A stretch of DNA of 64,000 nt. Origin: Nostoc sp. (GTDB taxonomy: Bacteria; Cyanobacteriota; Cyanobacteriia; Cyanobacteriales; Nostocaceae). Of this stretch, positions 44,983-54,895 are shown piece after piece. Location of the stretch: positions 352,001-416,000 of the forward strand of contig JBALDB010000056.1 of the NCBI GenBank assembly GCA_036918135.1, given 5' to 3'. A model generated the notes under the pieces. It was not told the origin of the DNA, made no database searches, and worked only from the letters and a program-made list of their open reading frames with translations. Both the position numbers and the translations under genes were made by a program. The stretch's first letter is position 1. Every line of letters begins with the position of its first letter.

Positions 44983-46422
44983 ATGGCAACAAGAGGCATC
45001 AAAAGCATGATTTTGCAATCATTTTTGTACGCGACGACAAATCAGCAACCCCCGCTTTGCCCTAGTACACTGACATGGCGATGCTCTCCTACACCATCTG
45101 TGCTGATTGCTGCGCCTGAGAACTTTAACTCTGATATCCAAACACCAGAACCTATTGCTCCCAAAGTTACACCACTGCTGCTAAAACCAAAACCGACAGC
45201 TAACCCAGAAAAACCTGTTACTCCTTTGCTGAAAATCTCACCACCTCGGTTGAGCGAACAAGCAGATCGAATTGCGGCTCAACAAGCTTGGAAGTATTTC
45301 GATCGCAATTGGAATCCCCAAACGGGTTTAGTTAATTCAGTAGATAATTTGCCCTGGACAACTTGGTGGGATCAGGGTAGCGCCTTATTAGGAATTCATG
45401 CGGCTTACCAGTTAGGCTTATTACCGCAAGAGATGTTTCAACAGCGGATGAACGCCTTGCTACGGACGTTGGAAAAACTGCCGCTACCTGCAACTAATTT
45501 GCCCAACAAAGCTTATAGCACTGACACTGCCGAAATGCGCCATCTCGATAACACTCCCGACCCCGAAGGTACAAGTGGTTGGTCGGCTCTAGATATGGCG
45601 CGATTTTTAATTGGATTGCATGTTATGCGATCGCATTATCCAGAGTATCGCGATTCGCCTAAGGGCGACAGCTTCGCTTCACGTATAAATCGCATCGTCG
45701 CTCGTTGGCAGATATCGAAACTTGTCAAAGATGGTTGGTTAAATGGTGCTATTCCCGAAGCAGACAAACTTCTGGAAGTGCAGGAAGGGCGATTCGGCTA
45801 CGAGCAATATGCTGCTCATTGTTTAAAGTTGTGGAATCTTCAAGCTACTAATGCTTTGAACAATTCACCAACAAAAGCGGTTCAAGTCGATGGGATTACG
45901 CTGCAAATCGACGAGCGTAATTTCAAAAACTCTGGAGCTAGTAACTACCTGACAAACGATCCTTATTTGCTGTGGGGTTTAGAAATAGGTTGGAATGATG
46001 CCATTAAGCCTCAAGTACAAAATCTTTTTCAAGTGCAATTACAAAGGTTTAAACGTACTGGAATTTTAACTGCTGTCAATGAAGATTCTTTAGATCGTCT
46101 CCCTTACTTTTTGTATTACAGCGTCTACTCCAATGGTCAAGCTTGGCAAGCCGTTAACACAACAGGAAAGGCCTATCCTCAATTACGGTTTCTCAGTACA
46201 AAAGCAGCATTTTCTTGGTTTGCACTCATGCCTAATCAGCCTTATGCAAAAAAGCTACGAGATTTCGTTCAAAATTTAGCAGATAAAAATCGCGGCTATT
46301 TTTCAGGACGATATGAAAATTCCCAACTTGGTGTTAATGCTTCTGTTGACGTGAATACAAATGCGATCGTTTTAGAAAGTCTGCTTTATAAAGCTAGAGG
46401 TAGACATCCACTAGCCGATTAA
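44983..46422 (+). CDS. Single DUF3131-like domain protein
   Basis: AWKYFDRNW, LPNKAY, GWSALDMAR, EGRFGYEQY and NTNAIVLESL motifs. Start uncertain (44983 or 45007). Confidence 0.82.
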   Translation: MATRGIKSMILQSFLYATTNQQPPLCPSTLTWRCSPTPSVLIAAPENFNSDIQTPEPIAPKVTPLLLKPKPTANPEKPVTPLLKISPPRLSEQADRIAAQQAWKYFDRNWNPQTGLVNSVDNLPWTTWWDQGSALLGIHAAYQLGLLPQEMFQQRMNALLRTLEKLPLPATNLPNKAYSTDTAEMRHLDNTPDPEGTSGWSALDMARFLIGLHVMRSHYPEYRDSPKGDSFASRINRIVARWQISKLVKDGWLNGAIPEADKLLEVQEGRFGYEQYAAHCLKLWNLQATNALNNSPTKAVQVDGITLQIDERNFKNSGASNYLTNDPYLLWGLEIGWNDAIKPQVQNLFQVQLQRFKRTGILTAVNEDSLDRLPYFLYYSVYSNGQAWQAVNTTGKAYPQLRFLSTKAAFSWFALMPNQPYAKKLRDFVQNLADKNRGYFSGRYENSQLGVNASVDVNTNAIVLESLLYKARGRHPLAD

Positions 46423-46516
46423 TTTAATTTTTTTGATATGAATTGAATCAATGATTGGGAAAAACCAAATTTTAACCAGACTAAAATCAAACTCATAAAT
46501 CTCAAATAGTAATAAT

Positions 46517-48499
46517 ATGACTTCAGTTTCTATTATTGATAATTCCCCAAACTTTTCTGGAAACAGCCGCTCGTTACTTAAAAAAAGAACGCTGTTATTT
46601 CGGTATTTGGCAGAAATCAATTTAATTTTTGGTATCTGGTATTTGCAATGGCGCATCACCCATTCGATTAATTTTGATGCGCTTTGGATCTCTATTCCTT
46701 TGCTAATAGCTGAAATTTATAGCTATTTCGGTGGCGTGATGTTTGTAATTGGGTTGTGGCGGCCTTTAGTTCGACAAATTAAATCCCTCGACCAGATGAC
46801 TCCATCGATACCAAGATCCGACTGGCCAACAGTGGATGTATTTGTAACCTGCTACAACGAGCCACCAGAAATTGTAGAAGAAACTGCCAAAGCTGCTCTA
46901 GCAATGGATTACCCGCCAACAAAGTTACGTGTTTATGTGCTGGATGATGGTAACTCGGCTCAGATGCGAGCAATGACAGAAAGATTGTGTATTGAGGATT
47001 TGCTCTCACCACAACTACAGCAGGAAGCAGAACGAATTGATGCAGAACACTTTTGGTTGTTAGAGCGCTTGAAGCAACTAGAAAATCTTGCACCTAACAC
47101 TCAAGCCGCTGAAGAATGGCTGCAAGCTTCATCACAACTAGAGGAAAACCAGTTTGCTAGTGGATTTGTGCAAAGTCTGCGAGAGTTTATTCTTTGGTTA
47201 CCTCCACAACATCAAAGTATAAGCGAACGTCTGACTACCGAACGCAAAGCCTTAGAAGAAGCTATTCGTAATAAAGAAATAGAACTAGTTGAACTCGCTC
47301 GTTTTCGCTACATTGCTCGTCCCAAACCAGCTGGTGTACCGCATCACGCTAAAGCAGGTAACCTCAATTACGCAATTTTTTCTGGAGAAACTTCTGGACA
47401 GTTTATTCTCACCTTAGATGCTGACCATATTCCCAAACCACAATTTATTAAACGAGTTCTGCCTTATTTCTTCACTTATAATCTTTTCACAGGAAAATAT
47501 GACCAGAATCAAATTGCTTTTGTCCAGACTCGTCAGGATTTTTACAACATTCCTGCGGGCGATCCTTTTGGACATCGAGCAAATTTATTTTATGGGCCGC
47601 TTCAACAGGGCAAAGATGGCATGAATGCCGCTTTTTATACAGGTACAAATGCACTTTTGAGACGGGAAGCACTGATTAGTGTTGGACTTCAATATTTTGC
47701 TGATGAGTTTACCAAAGACGAAAAACGTTTAAATGAATTTCAATTAATTGGTGGCGTATCCAGCAACAGTATTACAGAAGATATGAATACAGCCATGCGT
47801 CTACATGGTGCTGGATGGAAATCCATTTATCACAATGAATTGCTGGCAGAAGGTTTAGCACCAGACGACCTGAGTTCTACTCTCAAACAACGGCTACGCT
47901 GGGCACAAGGAACAATTCAAGTACTATTGAGAGAAAATCCGTTAACAAAGCCAGGGCTAAGTTTTTGGCAAAGGTTGCATTATTTTAAAACTATGTATAG
48001 CTATTTTTCTGGTTTTGCAACTTTAGTTTTTATTTGTTGTCCGATTATCTATTTTTTTACTGATATTATTCCGGTAAAAACCTACGGGCCTGACTTTGCT
48101 TTACACTTTTTTCCAGCTTTTATTATTAACCGCATGACTTTTCTTGCAGCTACCTGGGGCATTCCAGCAAGAGAAGTTTGGCGTTCCGAACAATACGCGA
48201 TCGCTTTATTTCCTTTATTAATTCAAGCTGTCTGGAGTGTATTTACAGGACAAAAACTCAATTTCCAAGTCACACCTAAACAACGACAATCCGGCATTTA
48301 TCTAAGGCTAGTTTGGCCACAAATCGTTGTTTTTATCTTGACCATCCTGGGAATATTATGGAGCCTTTATCGGTTTGCAATTGGCCATCTTAATTATCCT
48401 GAAGTTCATCTACTCAATGGTGCATGGGCTATTTATAACTTATTACTTTTGTCGGCTATTATCCGCGCATCTGTTTGGCAACCTCCGAAAGAAGCTTGA
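46517..48499 (+). CDS. Processive GT2 glycosyltransferase, cellulose synthase (BcsA)-like, without PilZ
   Basis: DDG, HAKAGN, DADH, TED and QRLRW motifs with flanking TM helices; the protein ends just after the last TM. Confidence 0.9.
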   Translation: MTSVSIIDNSPNFSGNSRSLLKKRTLLFRYLAEINLIFGIWYLQWRITHSINFDALWISIPLLIAEIYSYFGGVMFVIGLWRPLVRQIKSLDQMTPSIPRSDWPTVDVFVTCYNEPPEIVEETAKAALAMDYPPTKLRVYVLDDGNSAQMRAMTERLCIEDLLSPQLQQEAERIDAEHFWLLERLKQLENLAPNTQAAEEWLQASSQLEENQFASGFVQSLREFILWLPPQHQSISERLTTERKALEEAIRNKEIELVELARFRYIARPKPAGVPHHAKAGNLNYAIFSGETSGQFILTLDADHIPKPQFIKRVLPYFFTYNLFTGKYDQNQIAFVQTRQDFYNIPAGDPFGHRANLFYGPLQQGKDGMNAAFYTGTNALLRREALISVGLQYFADEFTKDEKRLNEFQLIGGVSSNSITEDMNTAMRLHGAGWKSIYHNELLAEGLAPDDLSSTLKQRLRWAQGTIQVLLRENPLTKPGLSFWQRLHYFKTMYSYFSGFATLVFICCPIIYFFTDIIPVKTYGPDFALHFFPAFIINRMTFLAATWGIPAREVWRSEQYAIALFPLLIQAVWSVFTGQKLNFQVTPKQRQSGIYLRLVWPQIVVFILTILGILWSLYRFAIGHLNYPEVHLLNGAWAIYNLLLLSAIIRASVWQPPKEA

Positions 48500-48522
48500 G
48501 GGAGATGGGGAGATAGGGGAAG

Positions 48523-48624
48523 AAATGACAAATGACAAATGCTTCTCTACGAGAGGCTGCGCCAACGGCTTCCCCGTAGGAGTACGCTCAGCACAAGTGA
48601 CAAATGACCAATGACTAATGACAA
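48523..48624 (+). repeat. Heptamer tandem repeat (aatgac[a/c/t]) interrupted by a small dispersed repeat
   Basis: aaatgacaaatgacaaat ... gtgacaaatgaccaatgactaatgacaaa. Confidence 0.7.
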
Positions 48625-48638
48625 ACTCGAAAACAGCC

Positions 48639-49364
48639 ATGAATACTCATTTAGACTGTAACAACTTTAGTCAGCAAACTGTGTTAACAATTTATGCTCA
48701 TGCTGATGATGAAGTTTTACCTGCTGCTGGTACTCTCAGTTTGATGTCAAAGGCAGGGTGGAATGTTCGTTGCTTAATTTTGACTGATGGTAGCCTTTCT
48801 AGTTCACCTGTTAAGGGTACACGTCATCAAGAAGCAGATGCAGCTGGTAAAATCATCGGTGCCAATTATGAGTTTCACGCACTTGAAGAGTGCAATTTCT
48901 CAACACAAGCAGTAATTAAAGTTGCTGAAGAAGCTATTGGGCGTTGGCAGCCGGATTTGATTATTACTCACGCACCACAACCTGAAAAATATGGACATAG
49001 AGATCATGAAGTGTGTGCGATCGCAGTTTCTAATGTTGCTACTCGTAAAAACATACCTTTATGGTATTCAGCACCACCTGTTTTTTTACGTGGCTTTGAA
49101 CCAAACTTTTTTGTAGATATTACCTCTGTAATTGAGGAAAAAGTCGCTGCTATCGGTTGTTATGAATCTGAAGCAAACAAAGCATTTATGCAACTGGATG
49201 CAATCCTGATTTTATCTCGGTTTTGGGCACGAGAATTAGGTCAAAAAGATGGGTATTTTGAAGCTTTTGAAATTTCTCGACAATGGGTTGATGCTAGCTT
49301 CTTTACTGCAATAGCAAATAGTAATAATAGACGAGTCAAAGAGAATTTTCAAGCTAATTACTGA
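48639..49364 (+). CDS. PIG-L/LmbE family deacetylase
   Basis: AHADDE, LTDG, GHRDH and FVDIT...K motifs. Confidence 0.88.
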   Translation: MNTHLDCNNFSQQTVLTIYAHADDEVLPAAGTLSLMSKAGWNVRCLILTDGSLSSSPVKGTRHQEADAAGKIIGANYEFHALEECNFSTQAVIKVAEEAIGRWQPDLIITHAPQPEKYGHRDHEVCAIAVSNVATRKNIPLWYSAPPVFLRGFEPNFFVDITSVIEEKVAAIGCYESEANKAFMQLDAILILSRFWARELGQKDGYFEAFEISRQWVDASFFTAIANSNNRRVKENFQANY

Positions 49365-49536
49365 GAAATTGTACCATAGTTTTTAGTCATTGGTCACTGG
49401 ACACAGGGCAGTCCTCAGAAATCAGACAGCATTACATAATATCAACAAAATTATTACTTTAGCTCTTGCGGTTTATATTAAGTAAATGCCAAAATATTAA
49501 TGTATAATTTCAAGTAAGATTTTGGAGTTTTGATTC

Positions 49537-49866
49537 ATGAATATGAGTGTGACAGTACTAGAATTATCTGGAATTTTAGATGGCATTAGAGGGAATGAAT
49601 TGCGTCGTGAAGTTAGTACGATTGTAGAAAATGGAGCCGATATTTTGTTGTTGGATTTAAAAGAAGTAAAGTTTATTGATAGTTCGGGTTTAGGTGCTTT
49701 AGTATCAGCAATGCAAATGGTACGAAAAGCTAATGGTAAACTTTTTGTCTGTTCTATCAGCGATCAAGTCAGAATGTTATTTGAACTGACTAAAATGGAT
49801 AGAATTTTTCAAACCTTTGCTGACCAAGAGGAATTTAATCGCCAAGTACTAGCAAGACAAAATTGA
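49537..49866 (+). CDS. STAS anti-anti-sigma factor (RsbV/SpoIIAA-like)
   Basis: LDLKEVKFIDSSGLGALV with the phospho-acceptor Ser intact. Confidence 0.92.
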   Translation: MNMSVTVLELSGILDGIRGNELRREVSTIVENGADILLLDLKEVKFIDSSGLGALVSAMQMVRKANGKLFVCSISDQVRMLFELTKMDRIFQTFADQEEFNRQVLARQN

Positions 49867-49886
49867 AATACGTACATTTGAGTAAA

Positions 49887-51077
49887 TTAACCAAAGTTAA
49901 CTTTTACCAAAGATAAATCATCATCAAGATTATTTTGAGCATTCAATGTGAGAATATTTGCTAATAGTCGATTGAGATTATAGGTATCTTCTTGACTACA
50001 TTTGATTAATAAGTCAATGAAAGCATCAATTCCTAAAATATTCCCATCTGGCTGATTAATTTCATAAGCACCATCACTAAAAATATATAAAGAGCTATTT
50101 TCTTGGACTTCAAAAACAGCATCCTCAAATTCGACATCAGGTAAAAAGCCAATCGGTAAATCTAAAGAAGTTAGCTGTTGAACTTGGATATTTGTTGTTG
50201 AGGTACTAGATAACAGTAAAGCGGGTGGATGTCCGGCGTTGGCATAAATGAGTTGACGTTTGAGGCGGTGATAAACTCCATACCAAATTGTGAAGTATTT
50301 ATCACCGTGCTTCCTCATTTGGAAGGCGTGATTGAGCGCTTTTAGGACTTCACTGGGTTGACAAAAGTTAGTGTTTGGCAGAGATTGCGATCGCAAAACA
50401 TTCAGCACCGACACAGATAAGAGTGCTGAACCTACTCCATGTCCTGATACATCTAATAAATAAATTGCCAAGCGATCGTCGTCGATCCAATTATGACCGA
50501 AGCAATCACCGCCTAGCTGTGCTGAAGGAATAAACAAATTTTCACTAGTTACTGTTCCTACAAGCGGTGAAGGTAGAAGCGATCGCACGTAATCAGCTGC
50601 CTCAGTCAATTCTGTTTCTAAAATCTGCTTTTGGGTTTGCAAATCTTGATTGAGCGTCTCCAAAGCTTGCTTTTTACTTTGTAAATCTTGATTGAGCTGA
50701 TGTAGCCTTAGTCCTGCTCTGACTCTTGCTTTCAATTCATTCATCTCTATTGGTTTTGAGATAAACTCGTCTGCTCCAGCATCAAGTCCTCTAACTCTAT
50801 CTTCTTCCTCTCCTCTAGCGGCTCCCCTAGCTGTTAATAAAATAAAAAATGTAGTTGCCAAATCTGCATCTGCCCTAATTCGCCGACATACTTCTAGCCC
50901 ATCTACCTCGGACATCATCCAATCACAGATAATTAGAGCAGGACGTAAGAGTTGTGCTTGTGTAATTCCTTCTTCACCATTACTGGCTACAGTAATATCA
51001 TAACCCTGTTTTTTGAGTGTGCTTTTCAGTACTGCTCGGACTGTAGGATCGTCATCAATAACTAAAATTTTAAACAT
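49887..51077 (-). CDS. REC + SpoIIE/PP2C phosphatase (RsbU-like)
   Basis: N-terminal receiver, then LGGD, DVSGHG, NAGHPP, FSDG and DDLSL. Confidence 0.92.
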   Translation of the reverse strand: MFKILVIDDDPTVRAVLKSTLKKQGYDITVASNGEEGITQAQLLRPALIICDWMMSEVDGLEVCRRIRADADLATTFFILLTARGAARGEEEDRVRGLDAGADEFISKPIEMNELKARVRAGLRLHQLNQDLQSKKQALETLNQDLQTQKQILETELTEAADYVRSLLPSPLVGTVTSENLFIPSAQLGGDCFGHNWIDDDRLAIYLLDVSGHGVGSALLSVSVLNVLRSQSLPNTNFCQPSEVLKALNHAFQMRKHGDKYFTIWYGVYHRLKRQLIYANAGHPPALLLSSTSTTNIQVQQLTSLDLPIGFLPDVEFEDAVFEVQENSSLYIFSDGAYEINQPDGNILGIDAFIDLLIKCSQEDTYNLNRLLANILTLNAQNNLDDDLSLVKVNFG

Positions 51078-51227
51078 AATTAATACTTTTATAATTACAA
51101 TGAAAAATCAGTATTTACTCTAATTTAACTTATATTAAATTTAGTTTGTAATGTATAGTGAAAATACTCAAATTAAATAAACTGATTAGCGAATATGATG
51201 ATGTTAAAATATTTTATTGTTTAAGAA

Positions 51228-51644
51228 GTGAATAAGAAAATTTATCTAAAAGTCAATACAGACCTGACAGCTTCGCCTGAAGTTTTATCTTGGTTCGAGC
51301 AGATGAATCAACCAAGTTTTCCCAATAAACAAATTTGGTGGCAATGTCAAACGCTTTTGATAGAAGGCTTTACTAATATTGTTGAACACGCCCACAAAAA
51401 TTTGCCCATTGAAACTCCCATTGAGATAGAAGCTGTGCGTTTAAATGAGTATATAGAAATTCGTATTTGGTCTCAAGGTAAATATTTTAATTTAGAGGAG
51501 CAATTGGGCCAAACATCTGAATTTGAGGAGAATGACCAAGAGCGCGGACGTGGATTACAAATCATGTCTGCCATTGCTGATAAATTGAGCTATGAGCCGA
51601 CAGTAGATAATCGTTACTGTTTATTTATTAGTAAATATTACTAA
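51228..51644 (+). CDS. Anti-sigma factor/Ser kinase (RsbW-like HATPase)
   Basis: EGFTNIVEHAH and ERGRGLQIM motifs. Confidence 0.85.
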   Translation: MNKKIYLKVNTDLTASPEVLSWFEQMNQPSFPNKQIWWQCQTLLIEGFTNIVEHAHKNLPIETPIEIEAVRLNEYIEIRIWSQGKYFNLEEQLGQTSEFEENDQERGRGLQIMSAIADKLSYEPTVDNRYCLFISKYY

Positions 51645-51780
51645 TATTTAATAACACCAAATTCTAGGTTTGACAAACTTTTTTAATAATTCCCTACTTT
51701 TAGTGTTTGAGTTCTTAGCAAATCTTACTATAAAGCAGATAGTTATTAATTTCAAATAGATGCTCAGACTGTAGCTTCAT

Positions 51781-54333
51781 TCATCTCTTGATTAAAAAAT
51801 CTTGGATGTGCTTAACAAACTCTTCCAACTCGGAGATGATGTTATTAGTACCTCGACGTTCTTGATTGCGAGCTAGTTGTTCTAATTTTTCTGCTGCTAG
51901 ATGCATGGTTGTAATTCCCATATTGGCGCTAGCACCTTTAATTTGATGGGCTTCTCGCGCTAGTTGCTCAAAGTTATGAGTTGCGATCGCCATTTGAATT
52001 ATCTCTAAACGAGCTTGAATATCTTCAACAAATATTTGCAGTAATTCAATTTCAAATTCTGGGTTATTTTCTGAGAGTTGATGCAAGCGTTCCCAATCAA
52101 TTGATAGCTCGACTAAAGTTACATCTGTTTCTTTTCCATTCAAAATTATAGTTGCCCAATGCTCTAGAACCGCCGCCAAATCTTCCTTCAAAACTGGCTT
52201 ACTTAAATAGTCATCCATACCTGCATCTAGACATATTTGTTTGTCTTCTTTCATTGCATTAGCTGTCATTGCAATTACGACAGGACGACGACCACTTGCA
52301 AAGCGGCTTTCTTGCCAACGATGAATTTCTTTTGTGGCTTCTAAACCATCAAGAATTGGCATTTGGCAATCCATCAAAATTAAATCATAAGGAATTTTTT
52401 CTAATATCTCCAAAGCTTCTTGTCCATTATTTGCAACATCAGCACTATAGCCCAAATTTTTAAGTTGTTTCAAAGCAATTTTTTGATTAACTAAATTATC
52501 TTCTGTTAAAAGAATTCTTAATTTAGAAGAATCAAGAACAGGAATATTGCAGTTATTTTCGTAGTTTTTCACTTCTGACTCCTGAATTCTCAATTCTGAA
52601 TTCTCAACGCCACTTACTCCAATTGGGGAGCCACTGCTGCGTGCGATAGGGTTGTCTGTTGCATTCGCAAAGCGTTTCTTAGAGAGGCTTCCTCCGTAGA
52701 TGTCCGAAGGGCGGCAAGACAGAGGCATCAAAACTTCTCCTATGGTCGCGCCAACAGCGGGTTCCCCACGTTGTAGGAAGTGGCGTGAAGCCCCAAGATT
52801 GTACTGGCTGCTCTTGACTCTTACCTCCTCTGAAATCACAGAAGCGGTAATTGTGAAATAAAATGTGCTGCCTGTATTCAGTTGACTTTCAACCCAAATT
52901 CTGCCACCCATTAACTCGCACAGTTGCTTGCAAATGGCAAGACCTAAACCAGTACCGCCATACTCTCGAGTAATAGACGAATTAACTTGACTGAAAGCTT
53001 TAAATAAACGTTCCAGGCGATCGCGTGGAATTCCAATGCCTTTATCTTTAATACTAAACTGAATTTCATAAGTATTTACAGCAAAATAATTATTATCGGT
53101 TTGTTTGCGGGCTGTAACTGAAACTTCTATGCTTCCAGTATTAGTAAATTTAATAGCATTACTGAGTAAATTAATTAAGACTTGGCGCAGTCTAGTGATA
53201 TCTCCCACAATCGTAGTAGGAAGTTTAGGATTATCTAACAATATGAGTTTTAATCCTTTTTCTTTAGCTTTAGGTGCAAGCAAATCTAGAGCCTGATGAA
53301 TACAATTTCGTAAAATAAAAGGTTGTTCCTCTAGTTCCAGATTGCCCGATTGAACTTTGGAAAAGTCAAGAAAATCGTTAATAATTTTAAGTAAGGAATT
53401 TCCACTTGTGTAAATAGTTTCAACAAAGTCTCGCTGCTCAAGAGTCAATTCACTATCTAGTAACAAGCTCGCCATACCAGTTACTGATGTAATTGGAGTC
53501 CGAACTTCATGGCTAATCATTGCTAAAAATTGCTGTTTAGCAAGTTCAGCTTGTTTTCGTTCAGTCATGTCTCGCAAAATATAAACATAACCTTGGAAAT
53601 GTTCAATTTCTGTCTGAATAATTGAGCAGGAAAAATTTACATTAATGGTTTTACCACTTTTAGTATGACAAACTGTATCGACCTCTTTGACTAAAGAATT
53701 TATCTCGGAGTTTCTCGATATATCAATACTTTGTATATCATATTGATTGACTTCTTTAAGAACTTGGGTGATAGGTTGACCGATAAGTTCTGTTTCATCA
53801 TATTCTAACAAAACTTGTGCAGCTCTATTCAGTTTTTTTATATTTCCTGACAGCGTTGTTACCAACAATGCATCTGGAATTGATGTCACAATTTGGTCTA
53901 TGTATTGTTTAGAAGCCTTTAAGTTACGTAACAAAAGATTTGCTTCATTTGCACCTTGGAATAAAGATTGCTCAAGCACCATCCGTTCTGTTACATTCTG
54001 CACAAGAATAATAAATGAATTACTATAATTATCTTCTTGGATATTTTTAGTAATATAAATATCAATGTATAAAGGAGAAGCAGTATCGGGCGATCGCCTA
54101 ATTCCCTTTAATTCAAAACTATTTTGTTCTTGCTTGTAAATTGCATCAAAAATATCTTCAAGACCCTCTAGTTCTGGAAACACAATCCGCACATCATCAC
54201 CTTGCTTTACTTGAGTAGAAATATAGACAAAATGATTTAGTCCTAGAGACATCTCTAGAATCTGAAAGTTTTTATTAATAATTAAGTATTCAATTCCAGA
54301 TACAGACAATATATTTGTAAATAATAAGTTCAT
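51781..54333 (-). CDS. Hybrid histidine kinase: PAS-like-PAS-HisKA-HATPase-REC-Hpt
   Basis: SHEVRTP, NLLSNAIKFT, GGTGLGL, MDCQMP and AHQIKGAS motifs. Confidence 0.92.
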   Translation of the reverse strand: MNLLFTNILSVSGIEYLIINKNFQILEMSLGLNHFVYISTQVKQGDDVRIVFPELEGLEDIFDAIYKQEQNSFELKGIRRSPDTASPLYIDIYITKNIQEDNYSNSFIILVQNVTERMVLEQSLFQGANEANLLLRNLKASKQYIDQIVTSIPDALLVTTLSGNIKKLNRAAQVLLEYDETELIGQPITQVLKEVNQYDIQSIDISRNSEINSLVKEVDTVCHTKSGKTINVNFSCSIIQTEIEHFQGYVYILRDMTERKQAELAKQQFLAMISHEVRTPITSVTGMASLLLDSELTLEQRDFVETIYTSGNSLLKIINDFLDFSKVQSGNLELEEQPFILRNCIHQALDLLAPKAKEKGLKLILLDNPKLPTTIVGDITRLRQVLINLLSNAIKFTNTGSIEVSVTARKQTDNNYFAVNTYEIQFSIKDKGIGIPRDRLERLFKAFSQVNSSITREYGGTGLGLAICKQLCELMGGRIWVESQLNTGSTFYFTITASVISEEVRVKSSQYNLGASRHFLQRGEPAVGATIGEVLMPLSCRPSDIYGGSLSKKRFANATDNPIARSSGSPIGVSGVENSELRIQESEVKNYENNCNIPVLDSSKLRILLTEDNLVNQKIALKQLKNLGYSADVANNGQEALEILEKIPYDLILMDCQMPILDGLEATKEIHRWQESRFASGRRPVVIAMTANAMKEDKQICLDAGMDDYLSKPVLKEDLAAVLEHWATIILNGKETDVTLVELSIDWERLHQLSENNPEFEIELLQIFVEDIQARLEIIQMAIATHNFEQLAREAHQIKGASANMGITTMHLAAEKLEQLARNQERRGTNNIISELEEFVKHIQDFLIKR

Positions 54334-54337
54334 TTTC

Positions 54338-54862
54338 CTAAATTAAACGATTAGCTAAAGTTTGAAATATCTCATTAACATTATTACCAGTTTTAGCTGA
54401 AGTGATATAAGTATCTAATATATTGGTTTGATTGTTGAATTGATACATTTGGCGGATATTTTCTAAATATTCCGCTGCAATCATATCTGATTTATTCAGT
54501 GCAACAATAATATAACTTTGAGGATTAACAGTTAAAAAAGTTTGAATATGCTCCTGAAGATGGTTGAGGGTCTCTGGTTGTGTTACATCACCAACTATTA
54601 CAGCACCTTTAGAACCTTGAAAATAATTTTGAGCAACTGCTTTAAATTTATTACTACCTTCAATATCCCAAATTAAAAGTTGTAAATTTTGTTGGTAATC
54701 TATACCTTGTTTATAACAATTCACTAATTTACGAGAAATTTTTACTCCTACAGTTGAAAGATATTCATCACTAAATTTAGATTCAACAAATTGCCGAATT
54801 AGACTAGTTTTACCAACCCCAAAATCACCAAATAAGCAGATTTTCTTAGAGATTGTAGACAT
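54338..54862 (-). CDS. Ras-superfamily (Rab-like) small GTPase
   Basis: G1 GDFGVGKT, G2 STVG, G3 WDIEG, G4 NKSD, G5 TSAKTG. Confidence 0.92.
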   Translation of the reverse strand: MSTISKKICLFGDFGVGKTSLIRQFVESKFSDEYLSTVGVKISRKLVNCYKQGIDYQQNLQLLIWDIEGSNKFKAVAQNYFQGSKGAVIVGDVTQPETLNHLQEHIQTFLTVNPQSYIIVALNKSDMIAAEYLENIRQMYQFNNQTNILDTYITSAKTGNNVNEIFQTLANRLI

Positions 54863-54895
54863 ATAGAAATTGCAGTTACTTTAAATTTAAAATTT

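Noticed and set aside
44781..45065. Short ORFs between the DUF3131 genes, or a frameshifted signal peptide for the second gene
   Set aside because: No convincing hydrophobic core or motif; cannot be supported without homologues.
46517..48499. Assigning the symbol bcsA
   Set aside because: No PilZ, no bcsB in the window, and QRLRW rather than QRxRW-plus-context proof of a beta-1,4 product; the linkage is unknown.
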